Shown: positions 12,868 through 24,012, counted from the stretch's first letter. The stretch is 64,000 nt of DNA from Spirochaetia bacterium (GCA_965140585.1 OZ223264.1:192001-256000); one strand, 5' to 3'. The notes: generated from the letters alone by a model not told the origin. Program-made: numbers and translations.

Positions 12868-13794
12868 ATGTCTAAATTTATTATTAGACGCGCTCTCGGT
12901 TTAATTCCTACTATGCTGATCATCATCACGATCTGTTTCTTTCTTATCCGAGTCGCGCCGGGCGGGCCCTTCAGTTCTGAAAAGAAGATCCCTATCCAGA
13001 TTATGAAAAATATCGAAAAAAAGTATCACATGGATGAACCGCTTATCCAGCAATACGGACGTTATCTGGTAAATGTTCTCCGGGGAGATCTTGGTCCTTC
13101 TTTTAAATATAAGGATTACGATGTAAATTATTACATTGGGCAGGGCCTTCCGAATTCGCTTATTCTTGGAACAGTATCTATTATTCTCGCTGTGATTTTG
13201 GGTATTGCTGCCGGAATGTTTTCGGCACTGCGTCAGAATACCTGGGTTGATTATACCTGGATGTCGTTTGCGGTAGTTGGAATTTCAGTTCCTACCTTCG
13301 TTATTGGGCCGGTATTGATGTACTTATTTTCAATGAAGCTCGGATGGCTCCCTGTTGCCGGCTGGCTTGATGAATATGGAGCCATTGCTCTTATCCTTCC
13401 TGTTATTACACTGTTCTATCAGTATTTTGCTACTATTGCACGTTTGTCGAGGGCGAGTTTCCTTGAATCAATAAGATCAGACTACGTACGAACCGCAAAG
13501 GCAAAGGGGCTTAAAACATCGTATATAATGCTTAAGCATGTTCTTAAGGGTGCATCGCTGCCGGTTGTAAGTTATCTCGGCCCGGCTTTTTCCGGAATTA
13601 TCACCGGTTCAATTGTTGTTGAACAGATTTTCCGTGTTCCCGGACTCGGCCGTCACTTTGTGCAGTCTGCATTTAATCGTGATTACACCATGATTATGGG
13701 TACTGTAATTGTTTACTCACTTATCCTGGTGGTAATGAACTTCCTAGTTGATGTTCTTTACGGATATCTTGACCCAAGAATTTCATACAGTTAG
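12868..13794 (+). CDS. oppB: oligopeptide ABC permease
   Basis: APGGPF, RGDLGPSF, DYVRTAKAKGL, NRDY. Confidence 0.95.
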   Translation: MSKFIIRRALGLIPTMLIIITICFFLIRVAPGGPFSSEKKIPIQIMKNIEKKYHMDEPLIQQYGRYLVNVLRGDLGPSFKYKDYDVNYYIGQGLPNSLILGTVSIILAVILGIAAGMFSALRQNTWVDYTWMSFAVVGISVPTFVIGPVLMYLFSMKLGWLPVAGWLDEYGAIALILPVITLFYQYFATIARLSRASFLESIRSDYVRTAKAKGLKTSYIMLKHVLKGASLPVVSYLGPAFSGIITGSIVVEQIFRVPGLGRHFVQSAFNRDYTMIMGTVIVYSLILVVMNFLVDVLYGYLDPRISYS

Positions 13795-13838
13795 GGAGTT
13801 GTCATGAGCGAAGTAATAAAAGAACAGAAGACAATAAG

Positions 13839-14894
13839 ATGGTTAATGAACTTAACCAGCCAGTAAAGGGTGTAAGCCTCTGGCTCGATGCCTGGAGACG
13901 GCTTCGAAAAAATAAGATGTCAATGATAGGTTTGATTCTGATGGTGATTTACGCGATCATTTCACTTTCAGCAGGAATACTCCCTATTTATTCATATAAA
14001 CAGCAGGTTCTTGAACATCAGTACCTTCCTCCTTCTACCAGGACAGCAGGAGAATTGATGGTTGAGAAAAAGGTTGATCTTCTAAATAGAATTGCAGCGA
14101 AAGAAAACCGAGAGCTGAAACCTTCCGAGATTGAGGAAATTGATGAGCTTAAGGAACGAGTTGCAACAGAGAAAAAGGTTCTGCTTTCAGGTGAAGAAGT
14201 TATGGTCCATCAACGTATATACCTGCTTGGAACTGATGAGCTTGGTCGAGATCTTCTTTCAAGAATAATATATGGTGGTCAGGTTTCAATTATGATAGGT
14301 CTCATTGGAGCAATTGCGACTGCTGTTATCGGTGTAGTTCTCGGAGCTCTTTCTGGTTACTTAGGTGGAACTTTTGATACCCTGATGATGCGATTTGTTG
14401 ATATCATGTACTCGCTGCCCTACATGCTGCTGGTTATCATTATGATGGCCATATGGGGTAAAAGTATTACCAACCTATTCCTGGCCCTCGCTCTGGTGAG
14501 TTGGCTGACTGTCTGCCGTGTTGTCCGCGGACAGATAATATCACTTAAAAACTCGGAATTTGTTGAAGCTGCCAGAGCCGCCGGAGCAAGTACTGCAAGA
14601 ATAGTTTTCAAGCATCTTATACCTAACACCATGAGTGTTATTGTTGTTTATACAACGCTGAGGGTTCCGGCCTTCATAATGCTTGAAGCCTTCCTTTCAT
14701 TTCTTGGTCTCGGAGTTCAGGCTCCGTATGCCTCTTGGGGTGTTCTTATCCATGACGGGGTTTATGCTATGACAAATTATCCATGGATGCTCTGGTTCCC
14801 CGCTGTTGCAATGACAGTCTTTCTGTTTTCGATGAACTTCTTCGGAGACGGACTGCGTGACGCTCTGGATCCTCAGAGTAAGAATAAACTATAA
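13839..14894 (+). CDS. oppC: oligopeptide ABC permease (true start probably 13804 across a 1-nt indel)
   Basis: LGTDELGRDLLSR, EFVEAARAAGAS, GDGLRDALDP. Confidence 0.93.
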   Translation: MVNELNQPVKGVSLWLDAWRRLRKNKMSMIGLILMVIYAIISLSAGILPIYSYKQQVLEHQYLPPSTRTAGELMVEKKVDLLNRIAAKENRELKPSEIEEIDELKERVATEKKVLLSGEEVMVHQRIYLLGTDELGRDLLSRIIYGGQVSIMIGLIGAIATAVIGVVLGALSGYLGGTFDTLMMRFVDIMYSLPYMLLVIIMMAIWGKSITNLFLALALVSWLTVCRVVRGQIISLKNSEFVEAARAAGASTARIVFKHLIPNTMSVIVVYTTLRVPAFIMLEAFLSFLGLGVQAPYASWGVLIHDGVYAMTNYPWMLWFPAVAMTVFLFSMNFFGDGLRDALDPQSKNKL

Positions 14895-14908
14895 GGACGG
14901 GGCGTTTA

Positions 14909-15901
14909 ATGAGTGATGTAATATTAGAGGTTAAAGACCTTAGAACATATTTTAATACGGATGACGGCGTAGTTAAGGCTGTTGACGGTGTTTCCTTCCA
15001 GCTGAAGAAGGGTGAGATGCTTGGAATTGTAGGTGAGTCCGGTTCAGGTAAATCAGTTACGAACCTTTCGCTTATGAAACTGATTCCTTCCCCTCCCGGA
15101 AAAATAATGGGAGGAGAGGCTCTGCTTGACGGTGAGGACATCTTCAAGATGAACGAAGCCGAGATCAGGAAGCTTCGTGGAAACAGGATTTCGATGATTT
15201 TCCAGGATCCGATGACAAGCCTTAATCCATTTCTCAGAATCTCAACACAGATGATTGAGACAATCATGCTGCATCAGGATCTTGATAAAGATGATGCACG
15301 CAAGAGAGCGGTAGAAATGCTTGAGATGGTTGGAATCCCCAACCCGTCAAAGCGAATCAATGATTACCCGCACCAGTTCTCCGGCGGTATGCGCCAGAGG
15401 GTAATGATTGCAATGGCGCTCAGCTGTGACCCTGAGATTCTAATTGCCGATGAGCCTACATCAGCTCTTGATGTAACAATTCAGGCACAGATTATTGAGG
15501 TAATGCAGGAACTCTGCAGAAAGATGAATACTGCTGTAATCATGATTACACACGACCTTGGTGTAGTTGCCGGAATCTGTGATACTGTCTGCGTTATGTA
15601 CGCCGGCCGTATTGTTGAGAAGGGGACCAACGATGAGATTTTCAAGGAACCCAGGCATCCATATACTCAGGGCTTGATAAAGTCAGTTCCCAGGCTTGAT
15701 AAGCCGACTGATGAGAAGCTTTACTCTATCAAAGGCCAGCCGCCTAACGTAATTGATTTACCCGAATGCTGTCCTTTCCATCCACGCTGTGAAAAGGCTA
15801 TGGATAAATGCCGTAATACATATCCTCCAAGAATAGAATTTGGTGAAGGCCGTCAGGTCACAGATGCTGGCTTTATGAGGAGGAAAAATAATGGCAGATA
15901 A
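14909..15901 (+). CDS. oppD: oligopeptide ABC ATPase (last ~10 codons out of frame)
   Basis: [36 protein letters not shown]. Confidence 0.95.
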   Translation: MSDVILEVKDLRTYFNTDDGVVKAVDGVSFQLKKGEMLGIVGESGSGKSVTNLSLMKLIPSPPGKIMGGEALLDGEDIFKMNEAEIRKLRGNRISMIFQDPMTSLNPFLRISTQMIETIMLHQDLDKDDARKRAVEMLEMVGIPNPSKRINDYPHQFSGGMRQRVMIAMALSCDPEILIADEPTSALDVTIQAQIIEVMQELCRKMNTAVIMITHDLGVVAGICDTVCVMYAGRIVEKGTNDEIFKEPRHPYTQGLIKSVPRLDKPTDEKLYSIKGQPPNVIDLPECCPFHPRCEKAMDKCRNTYPPRIEFGEGRQVTDAGFMRRKNNGR

Positions 15902-16886
15902 TACACTTCTTCAGGTTAAGAACCTGAAAATGCATTTCCCCATTGAAGAAGGGGTAATTCTTAAAAAGAAAGTCGGCGCCATTCGTGCAATTGACGGCAT
16001 AGACTTTGAGATAGAGAAGGGTGAAACCCTCGGGCTCGTCGGTGAGTCAGGATGCGGAAAATCCACAACAGCAAGATGTATAGCCCAGCTCCATAAACCG
16101 ACCTCAGGTGAGGTTATCTATGAAGGTGTGGATCTGTGCAATGCAAAGGAGCATGACTTGCTTCAGGCAAGAAAGGGCATCCAGATGGTTTTTCAGGATC
16201 CCTACGCTTCGCTGAACCCCAGGATGACAGCAGGCAATATTATTGCCGAACCGATGGTTATCTACAAAAACCGGGGAATGCTGAAGATGTCCCAGCAGCA
16301 GATTAATGCCAGGGTTGAAGACCTTATGGAAAAGGTTGGTCTGTCAAGGTTCTTTAAAAACCGTTATCCGCATGAGTTTTCAGGCGGACAGAGACAGCGA
16401 ATCGGCGTTGCCCGTGCGCTTGCCCTGAACCCGAAGCTGATTCTTGCTGATGAGCCGGTTTCAGCTCTCGATGTTTCAATCCAGTCCCAGATTCTGAACC
16501 TTCTGGATGATCTGCAGAAGGAATTTGATCTTACCTTCCTGTTCATTGCACACGATCTTGCTGTTATTCAGCATATCAGTACCCGTGTTGCGGTAATGTA
16601 CCTTGGAAAGATAGTTGAAATATCAAAGGCTGACGAACTGTACAAGCGGCCGCTTCATCCGTATACCGAAGCCCTCCTTTCTGCAGTTCCGATTCCTGAT
16701 CCTGATATTGAGCGCAACCGAAAGAGAATTATTCTTTCTGGGGATGTTCCTTCTCCAGATCGCGAACGTTCAGGATGTTATTTCTATGATCGCTGTCCCA
16801 AAAAAATGGATAAGTGTAAAAGCAACATTCCTCAGCTCAAAGAGCAGGGCGAGAAGCATCAGGTAGCCTGCTTTCTTTACGAGTAG
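15891..16886 (+). CDS. oppF: oligopeptide ABC ATPase
   Basis: GESGCGKST, YPHEFSGGQRQR, DEPVSALDVS, HQVACFLY. Confidence 0.95.
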   Translation: MADNTLLQVKNLKMHFPIEEGVILKKKVGAIRAIDGIDFEIEKGETLGLVGESGCGKSTTARCIAQLHKPTSGEVIYEGVDLCNAKEHDLLQARKGIQMVFQDPYASLNPRMTAGNIIAEPMVIYKNRGMLKMSQQQINARVEDLMEKVGLSRFFKNRYPHEFSGGQRQRIGVARALALNPKLILADEPVSALDVSIQSQILNLLDDLQKEFDLTFLFIAHDLAVIQHISTRVAVMYLGKIVEISKADELYKRPLHPYTEALLSAVPIPDPDIERNRKRIILSGDVPSPDRERSGCYFYDRCPKKMDKCKSNIPQLKEQGEKHQVACFLYE

Positions 16887-16908
16887 CTTGATTTTTAATT
16901 GATTATAC

Positions 16909-16937
16909 AGCCGTCTGGAATCCCGGACGGTTTTTTT
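16909..16937 (+). terminator. intrinsic terminator after oppF
   Basis: AGCCGTCTGG-loop-CCGGACGGTT followed by T run. Confidence 0.7.
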
Positions 16938-17532
16938 ATTCTTTCACAAGTGTCAGACCGGTGAAATCAGATAGAATCCCTGCCTTCTTTTCAAGTGCAT
17001 CGGTACCGCGGCTGTCTATAGTTTCAATTTTCACAGATCTGCCGTCACTGATATTTAAGAGCAGTTCCTGGTGATATTTCGGATGTATGATTCTGGGCAG
17101 CCTCTGCGCACTTATTCCGTCAGCGTGCCTCGCTCTCGGACGGCCGATCTCGATCTGGTGATCCGCCGTTCCGTCAGATTCAGCGCCTCTTAGAAAAATA
17201 ACAAGCTGGAGTGATTCTGAATCGTCAAAGCTGTATACAGATTTTTTAGAAAGTATTTTCAGCCCGAATCGGTGATATATCATCCTCTGCTTTCGATCGA
17301 AGATCCAGAGCTCTTCATAAAGCATTCCGGCCAGACAGAAGATTCCAATTAGTGCAGGGACTATTAATCTGCTCATCGGTTCGCCTGATGCCTTCAGATC
17401 TCCATAGACTGCATATAAACCGACGGCTATTGCTGCCGTCAAAACAAGAAAAAGTATTCTGAACCACGGTGCGGGAGAGAATATTATAATATCATCTGAT
17501 TTTCGTCGTAATACTAGGTTCAGAGTAGGCAT
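16936..17532 (-). CDS. hypothetical membrane protein
   Basis: two N-terminal TM segments, AAGGA SD. Confidence 0.65.
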   Translation of the reverse strand: MPTLNLVLRRKSDDIIIFSPAPWFRILFLVLTAAIAVGLYAVYGDLKASGEPMSRLIVPALIGIFCLAGMLYEELWIFDRKQRMIYHRFGLKILSKKSVYSFDDSESLQLVIFLRGAESDGTADHQIEIGRPRARHADGISAQRLPRIIHPKYHQELLLNISDGRSVKIETIDSRGTDALEKKAGILSDFTGLTLVKE

Positions 17533-17645
17533 TACTGGTTCCTTCTTAAATCTTGGATTTTCTATTACATGTCAATCATACCCCGAATATTTTAGGCAGG
17601 CAATAACGGTTTAAACATTATTTATTTGATGCTACAATCGGCCCG

Positions 17646-18596
17646 ATGTTTTGTTTTTACAGAAGAATTGCTGCATCTGTGCTGCTTTTGTTGTTCGTTC
17701 TGCTGCCTGGTTACGGGCAGGATTTAATTGAAAACGGATTGACTGTTGCCGGTGTCCAGTATGAAATAGATATTAACAATTATAAGAGTCTTAACAGCTT
17801 CTTTGCCGGAGTCGAGGATATTCTTGATGAAGTTCTGGAAAGCTGTGAGCCTGATTTAGTAGTATTTCCTGAATATACAGGTGTATTTGTACAGCTTATT
17901 CCATATTTCAGTAAGGTGAAATCATATGACAGTTTCGCTTCTGCACTTGGGTCTCTAGTTCAGGCTGACAATGATATTGATAACCTTACTGATGTATTTC
18001 TGAATACAGAGGAAATTCTGGACAGCGCCCTTTTAAGATGGGCTGAACTTTCTTCGGAATACGGTGTTTATATTCTGGCCGGAAGTTTTTTTGTCCCTGA
18101 TGATGAAGACGGAACTGTCCGGAACCGGACCTATGTATTCAATCCGGAGGGCGTGCTGGAGTATACACAGGATAAGGTTTTTCTGACAGAATTTGAGACT
18201 GATATTGTAGGTCTTGAGCCCGGTAAAATAAGCGAGGCCGAACTGTTCCGGGTCAGCGGCTACAGTATAGGTGTGTCTATCTGCCGTGATACATATTTTC
18301 CTGACTGGGAGGAAAGATTTCAGGATGCTTTTCTATGGATAGATATTAAAGCAAATGGTGAAATCTTTGACAGGGAGCAGCAGCGCAGTTTTATGAGGGC
18401 TCTGCCTGCAAGAATTGCCGAATCGGAAGTAGATTACGGAATGACGGTATGTACAGTCGGTTCATATCTGGATCTTCTATGGGAGGGTCGTTCTTCCATA
18501 ATTGAGTCGGACAACGGCCAGGTTCGATATGATTCAAAGGCCGAAACTGCAGACAGCTATGATCTGATTATTTTCAGTACAGACTATTTACAGTGA
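17646..18596 (+). CDS. secreted carbon-nitrogen hydrolase (nitrilase superfamily)
   Basis: E-K-C triad: VVFPEY, QDKVFL, SICRD; signal peptide. Confidence 0.85.
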   Translation: MFCFYRRIAASVLLLLFVLLPGYGQDLIENGLTVAGVQYEIDINNYKSLNSFFAGVEDILDEVLESCEPDLVVFPEYTGVFVQLIPYFSKVKSYDSFASALGSLVQADNDIDNLTDVFLNTEEILDSALLRWAELSSEYGVYILAGSFFVPDDEDGTVRNRTYVFNPEGVLEYTQDKVFLTEFETDIVGLEPGKISEAELFRVSGYSIGVSICRDTYFPDWEERFQDAFLWIDIKANGEIFDREQQRSFMRALPARIAESEVDYGMTVCTVGSYLDLLWEGRSSIIESDNGQVRYDSKAETADSYDLIIFSTDYLQ

Positions 18597-19278
18597 GCAT
18601 TGAGACAAGTTCACCGAATATATCAATGGCTTTTGAGCCGTTGAGAGGATCTGCCATGGCTGTTCCGTCAACAATGAATTTATACTTATATTTTCCATTT
18701 GTGATTCTCAATCTTGTTGAATAAACCCCGTTGCTGCCTATCTCATTAAGTCTGTACATGAAGGGATCCCAGTTGTTAAAGTCGCCGTATACATATACCA
18801 TCTGCCCCGGCGCTCCCCTGTAGGTGAATGTGACCTGCTCGCCGGACACATCCGGTGAGACCAGAAGTTTTTCTTTCTGCGGCAGCTGATATTTAGAAAA
18901 ATACACACCGCCGAAATCCTTTTGTACTACCGGATTCGTAGGATCAGTCATCCACAGCCCATCCACAACCAGCCTGTACTCAACTTCCTCCAGATCCTTT
19001 GGAAGAGCATAAGTCAGTATGTAGACTCCGTTTGTATTCACATAGAAGGGATGGATCTGCTTGAAATCTTCATGTCTGAATGCGGCGCCGACAAAGCGGT
19101 AGTTCCTGCTTCCCTTATAGGTTAGAACCAGGTGATTGTCAATTATTTCCGGAGGTGAAGACGCAGTGGCTTCAGTGATAGCAAAATGAAGCCTCACGGT
19201 GACCTCTTCTTCAGCGGCAAAGAGCGGAAAAACTGACAGTATAACTGTAAAAACAGCAATAATTACGCGGTATTTCAT
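18574..19278 (-). CDS. secreted glycogen-binding (CBM48/AMPK-beta-like) domain protein
   Basis: two repeats YRLVVDGLWMTDP / YKFIVDG..MADP, GDFNNWDP; signal peptide. Confidence 0.8.
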   Translation of the reverse strand: MKYRVIIAVFTVILSVFPLFAAEEEVTVRLHFAITEATASSPPEIIDNHLVLTYKGSRNYRFVGAAFRHEDFKQIHPFYVNTNGVYILTYALPKDLEEVEYRLVVDGLWMTDPTNPVVQKDFGGVYFSKYQLPQKEKLLVSPDVSGEQVTFTYRGAPGQMVYVYGDFNNWDPFMYRLNEIGSNGVYSTRLRITNGKYKYKFIVDGTAMADPLNGSKAIDIFGELVSMLTVNSLY

Positions 19279-19388
19279 ATACTGTTTTATTTTTCGGTGA
19301 CAGATTGTCGCCTCTTGAGATATAATTTTAAATATCCATAAGGATATAAAAACCTAAGAAGCAGCCGGTAAATTACCGAAATTCAAGT

Positions 19389-22300
19389 ATGCCCGAACTT
19401 CAGGATATAGAAGAATTTAAAAACGAATTCGCAAGACTCGGAAATGAACCTCAAATTCGCGCGGAAAAGGGTGAAGTTATGCCCGAAATCACTCCGCCTG
19501 AAGCCTCCTCTACTGATGATCTGAGTGATCTTTTTGACGACACATCCTTATCTGATGACGGCGGGGATGATATCCTTGAGCAGATGTTCGGCGACGAACT
19601 TTCAGAACCTCCGGCCGAACCGGAGGAAGACCTCATTCAGGGGGCTGATGAAGAAATTCAGGAGGCTCGTGAAGGCTTTGAGGAAATCGTAGATTCTGAT
19701 GAGCTTTCCGATGACTTCGGCATTCCCGAAGGTCTTCTGGACGGGCTTGATGAATCTCTTGATGAGAGTGAATCTGAAGATGATGATTTCGGCTTTGAGC
19801 TGGACCTTGAACCTGAAGAGCTCACAGCACCGGAAGTAGAGGCTGCTGATGCAGAGGATGAATTTGATATAGATTTTGATACCGCAGCTGATTCCGATAC
19901 CGGGACCGAAGCCTCAGCAGACGATGAAGCTGATATCTTTGCCGACTTTGATGATGCTATGGATGATTTCGGTGTTCCTGAAGGTTTGACCGATGGTCTG
20001 GAAGAGGACCTGGCCGGAGAGCCGGAAGAAGATTTTGAAGTTGATTTTGAAGAGTCCATGGACGGTTTAGACAGCCTAGATATTGATGATTCTGCAGATG
20101 CATCAGAGGCTGAGGATGATCTTCTATCCGATTTTCTGGATGAACCTGATTTTGACGATACCGATGAAGACATAACTGATTTTAATGATTTAGGTGATGA
20201 ATCCGCAGCTGATCCCGTTGACTCGGAAGTTGACTTCGATATGAGCTTTGATGATGAGAAACTCAGTACTGACGAAGAAGCGGTTGAGGATTTTGGTGAA
20301 GAAGAGGACGCGAGCTCAGATTTCGATACAGACTTTTCAATGCCTGATGATTTTTCCGGGGAAGAAGAGTCTCTTTCTTTTGATGATACAGATTTTACAT
20401 TTGAAGATGAAGAGCCGGAGCAGCCGGATTTTAATATGGAAGATGACAGCTTCGGTACCGATTCTTTTGAGGACTCTTTTGAAGACGAAGCTGACGACGG
20501 TGAATCAGAGTTCAGTATTGATACCGAAGAGGAGTCTTCAGATGAGTTCAGTCTGGAAGATTTCAGTATGGGTGAAATCGATGATGATGATATTGAGGCC
20601 TCGGAGTTCAGTCTAGGGGATCTCGGCGGAGAATTCGGTCTTGATGACGGTGACGATACCGATTACGGCGTGCTGGAAAATATTCCCATGGAAGATCAGG
20701 ATGAATCAGCAGCCGGGTATAAGGATTTGTCAGGTGATGATAACTATGCCATTCCTGATGATGAGTTTGATGTAATTAAAAAGACCCTCATAACCCTTCC
20801 CAGAAACCTCAAAATAATAATAGAAGAGCTGATCGGCGAGAAGCGGCTTGCAGGGGAAAACCTTGAGAAACTGCTGAAAGGTCTTAAATCAGGGGCAGCG
20901 CCTAAAGAACTCGGCTCAATTGTTTCAAAGATTACCGGAAAAAAAGTCCAGATACCGACACAATATGAAAGAAAGACCGCTGAGGATTTTGAATCTGAGC
21001 GGGGAACATTCCTGTATGCATTTAAGAGAAACTTTATTCCGATGTTCAGAACGGCTATGCTTGCCGCTGCAGCACTTGGGCTTATTCTCTTTTTAGGTTT
21101 CAAATTTCTATATACACCGCTGCATGCAGAATCGCTGTATAAAACCGGTTATGAGGAAATCCAGGCTGGAAACTATGTGCAGGCCAATAATTATTTTAAT
21201 CGCGGTTTTAATGAATGGAAGAAGAAAAGCTGGTTTTTCAAATACGCTGAAGAATTTATAAATCAGAAGCAGTATCTGCTTGCTGAAGAAAAATATGAAT
21301 CACTTCTTGCATGGTATCCCGATGAACGGCAGGGAAGGCTGGATTATGCAGATTTGGAGTTCAGAATACTTGGCAAGTACCCTGAGGCCGAAACTCTGCT
21401 GAAGCAGCTTCTTGCTGATGATCTTTCTGATTATGATGCGCGGCTGATGCTGGGTGATACCTACATGGAATGGGCACAGGAGCTTAATCCGGTACTATAT
21501 GATGAAGCCCGCTTTAACTATGCCAAGCTTCTTGAGCAGTATGGGCACAGAGACGTGCTTCTTTTCAGAATGCTGAGGTATTTTATCCGGACCGATAATT
21601 ATCAGGAAGCCATGGTTCTGTATAATGCTTTTAAGGATAATCCGAAAGCCAAGATCGAACCTTCGATATATGCCGAACTGGCAGGTTATTTTATCGATAA
21701 GGGCCAGTTGGGCGATGTCCGTGATATTTTGTTCACTGCCAGAGCGCTTGATGAAAGCATTCCAGAAATTCACTATAATCTGGCCCGTTATTTTGAAATA
21801 CTCGATATTCCTGAGGAAGAGGATAAGGCTCTCAGTGCTGCAATATGGCTTTTTGAGAACACATCGCCTCTTACCTCTACCAGGACCGGAATGCTTGTTG
21901 ATTCATATAACCGCTACGGCACTGTTTTATATGATAGAGAGATGTATCTCGATGCTGAAGAATATTTTCAGAAGGCTCTGACAAATTACGAGGATGCGCT
22001 CGCTAGGGATCAGTTGAAACCCGAAGCCAAGTACGGCAGTATATATAGCAACCTCGGAGACCTTGCCTACTACATAAGCGGTGATTTTGATTCAGCCCTT
22101 AAATTCTTTCAGGAGGCTGAGGACAACCTGTTTACCAATCGTGATTTGAAATACAAGAAGGGCTATGTATATTACTATAATGAGGATTACCGCAAAGCTC
22201 TGATAGAGTTTTATGATACAGCGGAAGGTTTTTCAGTTGATAAAGATCTGATGTACGCAACTGCAAATACTCTTTTTAACAGGAATGATTTCTATCTTGC

Positions 22301-22676
22301 AGAAGGGATGTACATGCATCTGCTTGATATCCTGAATAAGGAGTATTCTGCCATCTCCTATCTGCTAATTGATGAAATTCCTGAACACCGGGCACTGGTT
22401 GAGAACCTGATGAAGGTAAGCAATAATCTGGGAGTTACCAAGTACCGACTTTATGAGAAAACCAGAGACCCGAAGAAAAATGCAGAAGCCATGGTGCTTC
22501 TGACAGATTCTACCGAATATTATGATTCCCTTGCCAGAGATCCCAACTCCCTGGAAAAGCCGAATACTGTTAACCTTTCTTATCTGAATTCCAAGGCTGT
22601 CTTCTACCCGGTAGAGGATTACAGACTCCAGATTTACGGAAGTATTCCACGGGATATGACAAAGCTCAATTTCTAA
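19389..22676 (+). CDS. flcA: periplasmic flagellar collar protein FlcA-like TPR protein
   Basis: very acidic low-complexity N-half, LPRNLKIIIEELI block, single TM, C-terminal TPR repeats: the spirochaete FlcA architecture. Confidence 0.75.
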   Translation: MPELQDIEEFKNEFARLGNEPQIRAEKGEVMPEITPPEASSTDDLSDLFDDTSLSDDGGDDILEQMFGDELSEPPAEPEEDLIQGADEEIQEAREGFEEIVDSDELSDDFGIPEGLLDGLDESLDESESEDDDFGFELDLEPEELTAPEVEAADAEDEFDIDFDTAADSDTGTEASADDEADIFADFDDAMDDFGVPEGLTDGLEEDLAGEPEEDFEVDFEESMDGLDSLDIDDSADASEAEDDLLSDFLDEPDFDDTDEDITDFNDLGDESAADPVDSEVDFDMSFDDEKLSTDEEAVEDFGEEEDASSDFDTDFSMPDDFSGEEESLSFDDTDFTFEDEEPEQPDFNMEDDSFGTDSFEDSFEDEADDGESEFSIDTEEESSDEFSLEDFSMGEIDDDDIEASEFSLGDLGGEFGLDDGDDTDYGVLENIPMEDQDESAAGYKDLSGDDNYAIPDDEFDVIKKTLITLPRNLKIIIEELIGEKRLAGENLEKLLKGLKSGAAPKELGSIVSKITGKKVQIPTQYERKTAEDFESERGTFLYAFKRNFIPMFRTAMLAAAALGLILFLGFKFLYTPLHAESLYKTGYEEIQAGNYVQANNYFNRGFNEWKKKSWFFKYAEEFINQKQYLLAEEKYESLLAWYPDERQGRLDYADLEFRILGKYPEAETLLKQLLADDLSDYDARLMLGDTYMEWAQELNPVLYDEARFNYAKLLEQYGHRDVLLFRMLRYFIRTDNYQEAMVLYNAFKDNPKAKIEPSIYAELAGYFIDKGQLGDVRDILFTARALDESIPEIHYNLARYFEILDIPEEEDKALSAAIWLFENTSPLTSTRTGMLVDSYNRYGTVLYDREMYLDAEEYFQKALTNYEDALARDQLKPEAKYGSIYSNLGDLAYYISGDFDSALKFFQEAEDNLFTNRDLKYKKGYVYYYNEDYRKALIEFYDTAEGFSVDKDLMYATANTLFNRNDFYLAEGMYMHLLDILNKEYSAISYLLIDEIPEHRALVENLMKVSNNLGVTKYRLYEKTRDPKKNAEAMVLLTDSTEYYDSLARDPNSLEKPNTVNLSYLNSKAVFYPVEDYRLQIYGSIPRDMTKLNF

Positions 22677-22677
22677 A

Positions 22678-22713
22678 AAAAGGCTGACAGGGGTGCTTCC
22701 CGGTCAGCCTTTT
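22678..22713. terminator. bidirectional terminator between flcA and ilvE
   Basis: AAAAGGCTGAC...GTCAGCCTTTT. Confidence 0.75.
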
Positions 22714-22735
22714 CTATAATAGATGCGTGTTTTAA

Positions 22736-23830
22736 TCAGATTGAATCAGACATCCACTTATGTTTATCTTCAGATGCTCCGTACTGAATACTCTTCAGAG
22801 CCTTAAGAAGGCTTGTTGTGAGTTCTCCCTGTTCCCCGTTATTAAAAACTGCGGTTTTTCCGTTATAGGTGATGGATTCAAGGAATGAAACTCCTGCCGC
22901 AGTTCCTGTAACAAAGGACTCTACTGCATCGCTAAGGACTTCATCGATTGCAATTTTTCTTTCTTCAACCGGAATTCCCATTTCTTTTGCAAGGGTGATG
23001 ACGGTCTTACGATTGATGCCTGGAAGAATTGTATCACCCAGTTCGGGGGTTACAAGCGTTCCGTTTTTAAGTTTAAAGAAAATATTACATGAAGATCCCT
23101 CTTCAACATATTTTTGTTCAACTGAATCCAGGAAAACTGCTTCCATGTACCCTGCTTTAACAGCCTCTTTTTTAGCAAGGATGGGAATAACATAATTTGC
23201 ATTACATTTAATCCAGCCTGTTCCGTTCGGGGTGGCCCTGAACTTGTCGGTTACCAGTGCCTTTGAGTTTCCAGGTGCAAAGTAAGCCCCTACAGGGGTT
23301 GCTACGATAACCACCCAGGGATGTGATGAAATATTCAGACCGATCGCCGGCTCGGAATATGTGAAGGGTCTCAGATAAACCGAGTGACCGGTAATATAGT
23401 TATCTTTTTCCCACTCAGAGTCGTATTCGGGATAGAATCCGCTGTCCTTGTTCAGTTTAACTACTTTCTTGCAGGCCTCGACGAACATATCCGCGGGAAA
23501 TGGCGGCATCATCAGTCCTTCCATTGAGCAATACATTCGTGATGCATTTTCATCAGGTCTGAAAAGTTTGAGGTTTCCGTCTTTTTGCGGAAAGGCTTTA
23601 AGCCCTTCAAAGCAGCCCAGTCCGTACTGTGATGTATAGTTTACCAGCGGAAGCTGGGGAAACGAGTTTCTCTTTGCAAGCAGTTCTGAAAAATCATCGG
23701 AAGAAAGAGCAGCTTCTTCAGCAGGAGTAAGATGCGGATTTTCGATGAATTCTTCAGTCCATTCATTATTTTCATTGTACCTGGCAATGTAGACCCATGG
23801 ATAAGTCTCGAGTGTAAAACCTTTAGCCAT
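22736..23830 (-). CDS. ilvE: branched-chain amino acid aminotransferase (class IV)
   Basis: YGLGCFEGLKA, LFRPDENASR, IKCNANY, EEGSSCNIF, ILPGINR, GTAAGV; GGAGG SD before ATG 23830. Confidence 0.93.
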   Translation of the reverse strand: MAKGFTLETYPWVYIARYNENNEWTEEFIENPHLTPAEEAALSSDDFSELLAKRNSFPQLPLVNYTSQYGLGCFEGLKAFPQKDGNLKLFRPDENASRMYCSMEGLMMPPFPADMFVEACKKVVKLNKDSGFYPEYDSEWEKDNYITGHSVYLRPFTYSEPAIGLNISSHPWVVIVATPVGAYFAPGNSKALVTDKFRATPNGTGWIKCNANYVIPILAKKEAVKAGYMEAVFLDSVEQKYVEEGSSCNIFFKLKNGTLVTPELGDTILPGINRKTVITLAKEMGIPVEERKIAIDEVLSDAVESFVTGTAAGVSFLESITYNGKTAVFNNGEQGELTTSLLKALKSIQYGASEDKHKWMSDSI

Positions 23831-23972
23831 ATGCTCCTCCGTGAAATTCCATAATAATCCGATCGGATGCAACAATCAAGCACGGCAATTATTAATTTGA
23901 ATCATGATGAAGATAATTCAGTTTATATCAGTCAAGTTCCGGTGCTTTATATCAAAAATATCGAGGAGAAAA

Positions 23973-23995
23973 ATGAACAGTCTTAATTCAGTATT
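23973..23995 (+). pseudogene. ssb: 5' fragment of prophage-interrupted ssb (MNSLNSV)
   Basis: GAGGAG SD at 23963-23968, ATG AAC AGT CTT AAT TCA GTA TT joins in frame to 63176 onward. Confidence 0.88.
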
Positions 23996-24012
23996 GTTTG
24001 GAGCCTAATTCA
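23975..24012. other. attL (core GTATT 23991-23995)
   Basis: ssb 5' codons switch to phage arm GTTTGGAGCCTAATTCAT, an imperfect inverted repeat of the attR arm. Confidence 0.85.

Noticed and set aside
13804-13841. oppC SD+ATG at 13804 is out of frame with the main ORF
   Set aside because: One missing A in an A-rich stretch restores MSEVIKETEDNKMVNE; most likely an assembly indel, not regulation
15855-15901. oppD C-terminus reads [10 protein letters not shown] instead of [10 protein letters not shown]
   Set aside because: A 2-nt CA duplication explains it, and removing it restores TAATG coupling to oppF; probable sequencing error, and a caution for the other frameshifts
19500-20770. Repetitive GAT/GAA-rich DNA and long antisense Ser-rich ORFs
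   Set aside because: Low-complexity Asp/Glu region of FlcA; the antisense ORFs are shadows
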